Source of the DNA: Rhizaria sp. SCN 62-66
Lineage: Eukaryota
Direction: 5' to 3'
Assembly: GCA_001724265.1 (NCBI GenBank)
Contig: MEDY01000198.1
Coordinates: forward strand, 1 to 53,454
Length of the DNA stretch: 53,454 nt
Made by a program: the position numbers and the translations under genes. Of the stretch, positions 27,401 to 39,400 are shown in pieces (within the stretch, counting starts at the first letter, position 1; each line of letters starts with the position of its first letter). The notes under the pieces are model-generated. The model was not told where the DNA came from. It did no database searches and worked only from the letters and a program-made list of their open reading frames with translations.

Positions 27401-30400
27401 GCTGCCTCAACTGCGGATGTGACAGTGACTGTGAGGCAGACAGAAGCTGCAGAGGCTGCGCAAGAGGGTCCTCATCAAGAGCAGTCAAAATATGTCCCAG
27501 AAGTTCACGCAGAGTCGATAGTGCAGCGGTGGCACGAACAAGGAACATGTTGGCGTTGATCCTGCTCTTTGTAGTTGTAGCACTTATGTTGGAGTGATCA
27601 CTGTCAGTCTCATCGCCGTCTCCGTTGTCATCCGAGTCCGACGACGATAGAGTGAACGGCGCAGGTGCGTTCGCCAGTGCAAGCGTCGTGCCAGTAACTG
27701 CGCCAGAAGTTGCTGTGCTCGGAGCAGTCCCAGCCACGCTTGTCCCGGTCGCACTCGTGGGGACTGTGAGCATCGAAAAACTGAACCGACGCTTGAGACC
27801 CGGAGCAGCAATACTTGCAGTGTCGTTGGCAGCACCGTTCGCTGCAGCGTTAGTTGTGCTCGCAGGGGCGACGCGAGTCAGGGGGCGATTCGCAAGCGGA
27901 CTGGGTGACGGTACACGAGTGAGGCCGCCGCCACGAACGGCCTGGGCAGAACCGCCAGTGACGACAATGCTCGGCACAGCGAGGGTGCCCGTGATAGCAC
28001 TCGCACTCTTGTGTAACATCGGGGCTGGAAGAGCTGACACAACAGATAGACTGCGGTTCAGACCGCTGCTGGGGCCGAGTCCCGAGGACGCGTTGACAAG
28101 CGCGGGTGACTTGCCGTTGGGCAGCATGAATGTGGGGACAGCACCTGCAGAGGGATTCTGAGCAGCAGCGCGAGAGCTCTGACTGACCGATGTGTCAAGA
28201 GTTAAACCCAACGAAAGATTGTTCGCTGTAAGACCCGTGCTGCTGTAGTAGTGTTGCGAGTGCACGGGAGCAAACGACGAAACGCGCTGGAGCTCACTGT
28301 TGCGTGTACGCGACAGAGGCCGCACGCGCACAGGGCTCTGTGCGCCAGCCGCAGGGGCACTGTGCTTGCTGCCACTCCGGCCACGACTCGGGCTCTGTGA
28401 GAAGCGCGGGGACTTCGTTCCAGCAGCGTTCGACGCGGCCCGAGTAGCGCGTGCGCTTGCGTCAACGGTCAATGCGAGGGCCGCGTCACCAGGACTGGGT
28501 GCGGAGTGCTTAGCGGATGACTGACGACTGAGCTTCTCAGTGTTCTCCGAACCAATTTGAGCCACAGCAAGAGTTGTTTCGGTCATGTTTGCAGTATCAA
28601 CGGTTTTCGCCTCAGCTTCTGCATTGGCCTCAGCTTCAAGCTCAGCAGCAGTTGCGGCAGCACTGGCTGAAAGTGCGGCTAACGTTGCCAATACCCTCGC
28701 GGCCGCACGGAGAAGCACACGGCGGCGCTGCCTGCGCGCCTGTGCCGCAAGAACGGGGAGCTGGACAGTGCGGAACCAGGAATCCGACAGCAAAGCGTGA
28801 GCAGCTGCAGCGATAGTCATATCACTCTCGTTGACATCAGGCTGGGAGAGCAAAGACAGGAGAGTGCGAGCGCGGGCGTTTGTCACCTGCGCGGGTGATT
28901 CAGGTGAAGCAATAATCAAAGGTGAGGAGAGATTGTACAGCTGCGCGCTGTCCTGCGTCAACTCCGCGTGCGACTGAGATTGCGTAGAATAAAGCAACAG
29001 CGGAGTAAGTAGAGGCAAACCACCGAGCGAGTGAAGTGCATCCAGAGGCGAAATCAACACGTTATTTGCACAATAGCTGCTCACAGTCGCAGAGATTCCA
29101 AGTGGGGAACAGTCTAGTGATAAATCTTGACCATCAGTCGTCTTTGTCTCGGCATGATCATCATTGCTATCAATTTCGCACCTGCCGATCGCATTTCCAG
29201 TCGCGGCTGTCAATGCTGGTGCAGTGAGAGCAGCCGCAACAGCGGTCGCAGCTGCAGCACCGCCCCAGACAGAGCGGTCCTTGACAGTGGCAGCGGCAAC
29301 GTGTGTGGACAGAGATGTCGTGACCCAACCGCCAAGCAGCGCCATGGTGCCGTTGCCATTATTGTTCGCATCAGCAGCCGCAGCAGCTGTTGACAAAGCA
29401 GGCGTGGTGCCAAGAGCAAGAGCGAGTGTCACAGCTAAAGGACTGCCCATGGTAAAGAGGGCGGCAAAACGACTACCGCTGCCACTGAAAGCGCGCGCTT
29501 GCAACAAAGAGCTCCCAGCAGTCAAGATGGGAGTAGTAGAGATTGACTGGGTCCAAAACAGCGACTGAGCGAAGTCTGCCAACGTAGGCGCAGGAGTCTG
29601 CGTCATAGCGACAACAAGACGACGCTGTTGCAGTTGCCTTAGGCGTTGCTCAGCCTTAGCGTCCTTCACACCGTTAACAACAGTTTCATGCGATAAGAAG
29701 CACGGAAAGACAGACGTGGCTCCAGCGCATACGGCAGCAAGAACGGATGCCAGCAGCGGTCCGCTAGCAAGCGGCAGCAGCGACGTCGGCGAGAGCTTGA
29801 CAAGGACACCAGCGACGCCAGCACCTTCTTCCTTGCTTTCGTTCTGCTGCTCATCACTGCTCTCGGTTAGTGCGGTAAAGCCGCGGCTTTGATCAAGCGC
29901 CATTTGCAGCAAAGTGCGCGCAAGTGCAGGCGGCACACGACCCAGTCCAGAGCCTGCGGCAGCAATCGCGGCGGCTGTCGTCGCAGCGTCTGACGAACAC
30001 GGCTTCGTTGCATCGACCACAGCGTCCACGTGCGCTGAGAGGGCGGAGCGCACAGCGAGGCCAAGGCCCCGAGCTCCGGCACCAGCAGCCGTCGCGTCCG
30101 CTGTGGCGGCAGCCGCCGCAGCGCGGGCGGACGCAGCGTCGGCGCGCGCCAACAGTGCAGCGGCAACAGACACCAGTGCAAACGCAGAAACAGGGCCTGT
30201 CGTTGAAGCGAGCGACACAAGGTGCGTGGCAAGAGCGGCGACGGCAGGCGACGCCGCAGTAGCGGATCGAGGTTGCGGAGTACTCTCAGCTGACTGTTGT
30301 TGGGCAAATGTTTGCGTGGGGAGAACAAAAGATGAGTCAGAAGTCTCAGAGAAGCGCAAGTACGGTGCAGGAACATCAAACAAGCACGGAGACTTGAATT

Positions 30401-33400
30401 CGCACTCAGGGACGCACTGATTAGCGTCGTCCTCAGCATCCAGAGCAGCAGTAAAAGGCGAGGCTTGAGCACTGTTCACCAGCAAAGGCTCCTCATTGTC
30501 GAACAAGAACAACACAGAGCCGAACTTGTTCTTCCGCTTGCCGCGCGCGCCACCCTGCGCTGAGTTACCACCGCGCGTCATCACGACGCCCTTGATGAGA
30601 CTCTTGCGGAACTCTTCGCTGCCGACCACGCTGTCAATCTCGTCCACGGCCCACGCGGGCTCGGTTACGGTCAGCCCGGCGCCGGCTTCCTTAGTCGCCG
30701 CACTGCGCGCAGGCGGCATGCCCGCAGTGGCAGCAGCCGCGGCCGCAGCAGCGGGGCCACTCGCCCACTCGCACTTGCCACGCGCAGCCGCGGCCGCCGT
30801 CTCCGCGTCGCCGTCAGAAACCCTGGCCGCGTGTGCCGGGGCAGAGGCTTGCGAGGAAGCGAAGCGCAGCACGGACGCATCAAGCAGGCCCGACAGCGCA
30901 GCGCCGACGTCTTCGTCAGTGGTGACTGCAGCTCTAGCACTCGCGTTGGTCGTGCTCGCAGCGCCGGAGCGGTACAGCAGCTGGATCTGCGCCCACGACA
31001 GTGGGGCCGCGAAGACGGCCGCCGCCGCAAGATGCACGTGCGCGGCCGGTGCGGGCAGCGCGACAGTAAGCGCCACGGACTGCGGCGCGTGTGCACCGAC
31101 AATCACGGGTGCAGCAGCGCCTGAGGACTGGGCAGAGGCCGAGCCGGTGGCGGAGTCGGGGGACGCGGAGGGCGGGGGCGGTGTGGGTGTGGGCGTGATG
31201 TTCGGCGTCGAGAGCGGGTTGCTAGCAGCAACCTTCTTGCCGCTGTTACTGGCGCAACTGTTCCGATGTTGGGAAGACGGTAGCAGCGCAACAGATTGGC
31301 CGTCGACCGCAGTCACAGCGCCAGAGGCGGGAACGCCCGCCGTGTTTGAACGGGAAAACGACTGTGCAAAAGGTGTTGTCAGGCCGTGCACTGGTGTGCT
31401 AACGCCAGAGACACCGGCACCGGGGGAATTCCCAGAGAAAGACGGGAACGCACTGGGAAGCGTGCTCACACTCCGGTTGACACTGCCGTTGCCACTAACA
31501 GCCACGGAGTTGACATTCGCTGCGGTCGTTGCGGTAATAGTGGGGTATGACGCGGATAAAATATGACTCTCTAAGTGAGTGTTTGCTCCGTCGTCACAAA
31601 ACTTCTGCGATTGCGTTGTGCCTGACTCTGTGCTGCTCTTCTGTGTTTGCGCAACGTTGCTGCCGCGGCGCGGGCCAGGATGAGGGTACTTGAGCGCGCC
31701 AGTCGTGTTCGCGCAGATCGTGCGGCCGTTAAGACACACGAGCAGCGAGGACGCTATAACGCAGCCGTCGTCCTCGCGCGCGTCACTGTCGTTCGCGGTC
31801 TTAGTCTCTTTGTCATTGGACTCAGTCGCAGTCATCCTAGGGGCGGAGTACGGAACAGTGAAGGCGTCCTTAGTGACGGTACGCACGTGTGACGGAGCGT
31901 GTGCAAGCGCGAGATGGTACCAGCGACCCGTGCGCAGCGGCACGGGGGCAAGCACAGAACTGCGCAGGCGTAGATCAGGAACGCCCACACTGACGTCGGC
32001 ACTCATAGTGGCAGTGGGAGTCATGGTTTGGAAGTGCAAGTAGCCCTTAGAATCAACGTAGATATCAACGACGTCGCCACTCACGCGCACACTCTTAGAC
32101 TGGGAATGCTTGGCTGGAACGCCCTTAGAGGATGCCGCGCTCTTGCCCTTGCCCGATGAAGTCTTAGCTCCATCATTATTCTGCTGCTGCTCAGTAGTAT
32201 CAGCAGGACTCTTGTTATTGACAGCGGGATTCGAGAGAGGCGGGACATCCGTGCATACACGCGCGAGATGCACCATACCACTGATGCGGACGCCCAGAAG
32301 AACACCGTCAACGTCCACAAACTCCTTCGGGTAGTTCTCGGCAGGCGAAGGCAGCGACTCAAGCTGGAACCAGAGGCTGAACGTGTAGCCATTCGAAGGG
32401 AAGCGTTTGGAACCTAGAGCTGTCACGGACGAGGAAACGCTGCGACTGCACAAAGCGTCACTCGGAGTAAACGTGGGCACCGCAGCTGTGAGTGCCGCGG
32501 CCACAGCGGCAGCAGCAGCAGTCGGGGCGGACGCAGACGCAAGAGTGAGAGCGAGGGACAACGGTTGGCAGAATCGGGACTTAAGCGCCTGAACCAGAAT
32601 GGAGCTGAAGTCACGCTGGTTGCGTCCAGTGCTCGTTGAGAGATACGAGCGCAAGTATGACGAGATGGTAGACACAACACCATTGTAGACGGGGCTGTGG
32701 CTGCTGACCGTGGGAGCAACTGTCAATAGAGAAGCGGGAGCAGAAACAGGGGACACTTCAACCCACTTTGATGCGCTGACGGTCTTGGACACAGCGGTGG
32801 TCTTGCTCGCAGTGACGGCGTTGCCATAGGTCAGCGCACCCGGGGTAAGAACGTGCGTCAAGAGGTCAACAATCATTGGGGTGAGCGGCGAAGCCACTGT
32901 GATCACTGTCGAACCAGAGTCTGTGTTGTTAAATGCGCTATGCCCGGCGTCATTGTAGAGCGGCTGCGAGGCGAAGAGCGTGAAGGGGAGCGCAGACAAG
33001 GTGGCCAGCACGTCCTCAGTGCTGAGCGAGCTGGTGGATTCAGCAATCGCACTGGGGACAGCTGACGCGTTGACGGCGGCGACGCTGACAGGAGCAGAGT
33101 CAGGGGCGGCGGTGAGCGACGAAAACTGTTTTCGCAGTGACTGCTCAAGTGAGGATATACCGCGGTTGAGCATAGCAACGACGGCAGCCGGAGTCACAAG
33201 GCTCTTGGTTGAGACACGGGCAGCACGGGGAGATTTGCTAACACTCTTACGACGAGCAGCCTTCGACCTCGCGGGAGACTGAGGCGGCTCAATCTCTGAT
33301 TCGGAATCGGAGTCAGAAAGAGGCTCAGTGATACTGGGTAGCAGCTTCCAAGCCTGTCCCTCGCCGTGTGCGGCAGCAGTGTCGTCCGCAGGAGCAAGCA

Positions 33401-36400
33401 AAGCGGTGCTCGCGGCCAGTGGGGACGCGAGGGCAACAGTGCGCGGCGTCGCAAGCGCGAGGAGGCGCTTCACGCTGCCTACTGCCACGCCGCGCGAGAG
33501 CAACAGCGCCAGCAGCTGCACGGCGCGCGCGGCCGCCGCCGTCGAGGCGGGGCGCGCGGCGGCGCAGACAGTAACAACAGAGCTGTTGCCGATGTGCGAG
33601 TGCGAGAGAGGGTGGTTGTGCAAGTAGGCCAGAACAGCGTCAAGAAGGGAGAGCGGCTGAGCTTGAGTTTCGGTGACGGAAGCGTCGGCAGTAGGAGACT
33701 GGGTGACTGTGAGAAGCAGCGAAAGTGACCGCGAGCACGCAGTAGCGACGGCCGACAGCCAGCGCGACTGCAGCAGGGCTTGAGCATGCGTCAGCGTCTC
33801 GGCACCAACAATAAGATTGTTGACGCAAGAGAATGTGACCATGAGCGTGTGCGTAAGCGCATTAATGGAGGCGATTGCGGAACCAGTGTCAGGCGCAGCA
33901 GAAAGGGCATCGTTGGCCGCAGACACTGCTCCATCAGTAGGTTTAGCAGATCCGACAACCGTTGTCGTTGTCGTGGGCGCTAAGATACAGCCCCACAGGT
34001 AGCCAGTGTAGGTGCCGACAACGACGCGCTCACCCTTCGACTCCACGCCGGGCGCAGAGATCACCAGAGCGTTGTTGTTATCGACAGTTGCGTCCGCAAT
34101 GTTCAAGTGCAAATACCTGCAGTCGCGAACGCCCACACTATCCGCGCAAGCTCCGGCCAGGTGGCTGCGCGCAGCAGATGCAGCGGTTGATAAACCACGA
34201 AGTGCAGGTGCTGCAGCCAGATCAAGCGGACTCTCAAACCATAGCCTTTGTGGGACAGGGGAAGTTGCGTCCGTTGGCTTCATGTCCGCATACTCAGCCA
34301 AGTAGCGAAGAACGAAACCACGCTTAGCTGCCGATGCACCAGCAGCCGACGTCATCACTGCAAAGTCCAGCGAAAGAGCGGCAAGATCTTCCTCAAAAGC
34401 AGCATCAGCCGCCTCAGCAGCACGAGCGGATTCCGCGACAGCCTTTGATGCGGCAGCCGCGGCAGTGGTGTCGCCGCCAGCAGCAGTCACAGCGTCCAGT
34501 AGCGCGACGGCGTCTGCAGCGGCGTCATTGACGGCGGAAACAGCGGTGACGCGTCCACGCCAGTGGGCACGGGCTGTCGCCATGGCCGTCGCGACCGCGC
34601 CAGTGGTAGATGCAACGTAGGAAGTGACAACTGCGGCAGCGGGCGCGCAACCGCGGGCGACTGCGAGCAGTGTCAGCAGTGACGACAAAGCAAGCGCCCG
34701 CGTGTCGCGGGTGCTCGCAACAGCGGGCGCAGAGCCAGGGACACAAATGGCGATGCAGGGGGATAATGCCGTCGTAGCCAAGTCGTCAGTGGAGTTCAGA
34801 GCAAAGTTCGCTGCAGCCGCGGCATCAGCGGCAATAACAGTCGTGATACAGTTCGCACAAGCCTTGGCAATGACATCAAGACCACTTACAGTCGCGTTGC
34901 CACCGGGGCTAGTGGAAGCTGGGGCAAAGAGAGAGTGCGTCAGCGGCAACAACAGCTGCAGTTGTAACCAAAGCACAGCGGCTGCCTCAGTCTCACTCTC
35001 AGAGTCGATGGAGGACGGCAGAGCGAGCGGTAATGCAAGGCAGTGGCGGAGACCTGACAGAAGTAGACGCAGCAGCGCGGGATCAGCGAAAGACGCGGAC
35101 ACCGCTGAGGAGGCGAACAATGCCAAGTAGTGATCCAACGCGGAGATGGCTGTCGTATTAGGCGCCACCGAGACTGCAGTCGCTGAGTCAGCCGCAAGAG
35201 CATCGGTGGTAGTGAGCAAAATAGACTCGGGCATCACAGAGCGATAATGCGGAGAGAGCAGCGTCGTGTACTGCTGATGTTCTTGCGACACGGAGTTCGT
35301 ATCTTGAAACACAACCTTGTACGCAAGCGACCTGACGTAGGCAGCCAGGCGAGGCAGAGGTTCCTTGTTTTCTTCATTGCCGTCAATGACCGCGGAGTCA
35401 ACAGCGATGTCATCGCTCTTCGCGCTAGCATACGCGAGCGGGGCATCAGGCGGCAGCGTGGGCAGAAAACCAGTTCCAAGGCCGACATCGTCACCGGGGA
35501 AAGGCACGATTTCAGCGAGATAGGCGAAGTCCTCTTCCTCGTCTTTAACAGCAACGTTCTCGGCGTTGGTTAGCTGCAGCCGCTGCGATGCCGACTCGTC
35601 GTCACCGCGACTATTCGCCTTCGCGCTGGCCTGGCGACCGCGGCCACGGCGGCGACTGAACATGAGCGCGTCATCGCCCTCGACACCGTCGACGCCGCTG
35701 AGAACGCCGTCGCTTGCTGCCGCGCCTTCGTGATCGTGGTCGCCGTGCAGCGAGCCCTTGCTGCCGATGCCGTCGTCGTCGTCGTCATCGTCCACGGGGT
35801 CGCGGTGCGCGCTGTTGCTGTGGCGCCGTCGCTGCCGCGCGCCGTTGGCGAGGAGCAAGTCGCGCGCCGCGGCGCCGATGGCGGGTCTGGGATGCGACAG
35901 TGGCGACAGAAACGACTGCGCCTTGAGCAGCCCCTTCTTTTCGCCGCCCTCGCAGGCAGCGCCCGCGGCAACGCCGACGCTCGCGCCACGCGCGTGGCGG
36001 TGCTGCAGCTGCTGCTGCAGCAGAAATCTCGACGACGAGGCCAGCGGCGGCGACAGCGAGCGCGCGACCGACCGCGACTTGGGCCGGCGGCGCGACAGCG
36101 GCAGCACGCCGCTGCTCTCGGCGCGCGCGCGGGCGCGGGATGGAGGCGCCGGCTTGTCGGAATGCAGGCCGCCGGTGGAGGCGTTAAGCGCGATGTCGGT
36201 CGCACTATCTTCGAGGTGCTGGCGCTCACCGGTGTTGCCGCCGTCGCCATCTCTGTGGGCATCAACATCGTCCTCGATGACGTCGCGCGTGTTGTTGGCC
36301 GCTTCGTTTTCGTCCTCGTCCTCGTCGCACAGCGCGGCCTCCTCGTCTTCGTCGCCTTCAAAGCCGTCGTCTCCCTCGTCACAGTCGTCGCACGCGTCCT

Positions 36401-39400
36401 CATCGCCGTCGACGTCGCCGTTGCTGGGGGCACCGGAACCGTTGGCAGCGCTGTTGTTGGGATCGCGCACAAGCCCCGGGACGCCGACACCGACGGCGAC
36501 GCCCATACCGGCGGGAAGGCCGCGGGCGCAGAAGCGAACCGCTGGGAGAACAGAAGAGGCGACACCAGCGACATTGGCAGTGGCTTCGGCGATCGTGCCA
36601 CCCGAGTGACCTGTCAGCGCTCGAGCGTCGACTACAGGGGCCGTCACAATGTCAGCAGCAGCAGGTGACCCAGGCGTGAGAGCGTTGATCGGCGCATCAT
36701 TGTCTAGGGCGGTGCTCACCGGCAGGCGGGCCTCGATGGGGTCAAGACACCACAGCAGACCCAGAGGCAGCGTCTTAATAGCAGCGCTGGCGCCGGTGCT
36801 GCCGGCGCCAGCAGGGGCAGTCCGCGCGCGCAGTGGAGCCCAGGGCCACACGACATATGGGGTGTTAACATCGCGGACGACACAGTTCGACTGAAGCTCA
36901 TGACTCTGTGGAGCGACTGCCACTTGAGTTGAGCCAACTGTTGCACTGCGCGTCGCCTGTAGCGCAACCAAGTGCGCCAAGAACGCGACGGCAAACGCGT
37001 GGCCCTGCGAGCACAGCCGCGCCGGCAACACGGGCTCCGCCGCAGCGGCGGACATAACCGTGAGCAGGCACGACAGAGACAGCGCCGCGGCGGGCGACGG
37101 TGCGGCGCTGCGTGCGGCGCTGTCGGGGGGGCTCAGAGTCAGAGCGAGCAGTGCGCGCATGACAGCAACGCGCGCGATGGCGAGAAGCGGCCGCATCTGC
37201 TGTGTAGGCTGCTGTTCAGGTTCTTGCTGCTCCTGTTGCTCCTGTTGTTGTGTTAGTGATGTTGCAGTGATTGTGTGGCGGCGCGCGAGCGCAAGCAAGG
37301 CCACGCCGAGTCCAGTGTCGAGGCGGTTGAGACTGCAGCCAAGAGCGCCCACGCATGTGGTGAGACGCAGAGCGCTCACAAGAGCAGAGCGCATCACAGT
37401 CTTGCTGTGGGCGATGACTGCCGCGCCAGCAACGCTCTCATCCGCAGCGACTTCGATCATATCGGCGCCGGGAGCAGTAGAAAGCGTGTGTTTAAGCGTG
37501 AGCAGTGAGAGCGCGGAGTCCGCAGCGTGCGCTGCGATGCTGTCGTGCTCCGGCAGCAGAGTGAGCAGACGCAGCGGGAGCATGCTCGCGGCGACCCAGC
37601 CGGCCTCCTCCACACCGCCGCTCTCGCCGAGACAGTCGGATGAGAACGTGTACGGAGCGAAGGGAGAGCGGAGCAAGGACGACGCCTTCGACATAATCAC
37701 AGAAAGCAAAGATGCAGTCGACTGACCACTGATTTCATTGTTATGACTGCACAAAGACAAAACTAGCGGCCAGCGCGAGCGTGCAGTCACAAGCGCGTCA
37801 ACCGCGTTCAGAGCGCAATGAATCGCGCCGCTTGCAGTCAGAACAGAGCTTGCGTCAGTAGCCGCACTGCTGCTGACAGCGGTGCCAACAACATCAACGC
37901 AGCCGCAGTCACTGCCGCAACAGCCGCTATACGCGCCCGCGCGGTAGCAGACCGAGGCCGTCCCAGCCCCAGCAGCAGCAGAGTCTGTGGTCATAGGCGC
38001 CACCGTCATTTTCGCGGCAGCGGCCGGAGAGAGCGCGGCGGCGGCAGCGACGGCGGGGAGTCCCGACTGCCACAGCAGCGCGGGGAGCACGCCCGCGCTG
38101 ACGCTCGCGTTCTCCCTCGCACCGCTGCTGACCACGTGCGCGATCGCGGAGAACATGGAGCTCTGAAGGTACTGCACGTACGCCTGAAGACCAGCGCCCG
38201 TGCTCGCATCGTCGTCATTCTGCATTGCCAGGGTGTGATGGAGCAACGTGAGCAGGTGTGCACCGGCGCCGGCACACGCGCTCTCCACAGCAACCGCCGC
38301 GGCAAAGAGAACGGTGAGAGATGACGACTTGGCGGCGCACACAGGCGGCAGTGTGGGGCAGCGGGCCGCAGCGCTGGCCGCAAAGGCCGCCGACAGCGAC
38401 CGCGCAGCCGCAGCCTCAGTGGCCGCGCTGGGCACGGCGGCGGTGCCGGTCGCGGCAGCGGCAGAGCCAGAGGCAGAGGCAGAGGCAGAGGCGGCGGCAG
38501 AGGTGGAGGCGGCGGCGGCGACTGCGAGGGCGGCAACGGGCACGGTTGCGCTGATAACGACAGGGAAGCCAGTTGCGTTTGGGCCGTCGGTGGCGACAGC
38601 GGAGGCAGGAGACAAGGCGGGGTTTGTGGCAGTGACGGTGTTGGCGGCCGCGCTCTCGTCGTCGCACCAGGCATACAACACGCCGCTGAGGAACTCATTA
38701 TTGACGCCACCGCTGGCGCTGGAGCCCTCGCGGTCGCCGTTGCCGTTGCTCGAGGTAGCCACGGCGCTTGTGTTGCTGTGGCCGCCGCGGAGGTAGTGGC
38801 CGGTGAGCGGGAGCGCAGGCATGCAGCTTACGGTCACAGCGTTGCTGCTGATGCTGTTACCGCATGCCGAAGCGTCAGCAGACTGGGCAGCGACCGCGTC
38901 TAACTGGCGGCAGTTGACGTCAGCGCTGCCGCTGTCGCGCGCCCACCAGGCGCCGCGGCTCGCGGGAGGCAGCAGCGCGGAGAGCACGGCGCTCGCGGCG
39001 TCGCTGCGGCTGCCGGTATCAGAGTTGCTGATACTATCCACGACGAGGCTAGTGCTACTGTTGTTGTTGTTGTTGGAAGAGAAAGGTGACGACAAGACGG
39101 CAGTAACTGCCGCAACCATAGCCTGCTGAAGCGCGGCCACGTCGCTTTGGTGTGGTGTACTCTCGGTCACTGCAGCTGCGGTTAAGTCGTTCTCATTGGC
39201 CGACACAGCGGCAGCCTTTGCTGTCGCAGCAGCTGTGGAGAGAACCGCGCCAGCCAGCAGCAACGCGCGCAGCAGCAAGAGTTGTTGCGCTGCTGACTGC
39301 TTCTGCCGCGGCGTGCGCTGTCGCAGCACCGAAAACAGCAGGCGTGCGACCGAGCTCTCGCTCGCACGCGCACTCACAAGCGCAGGTGCAGGCGCAGTTG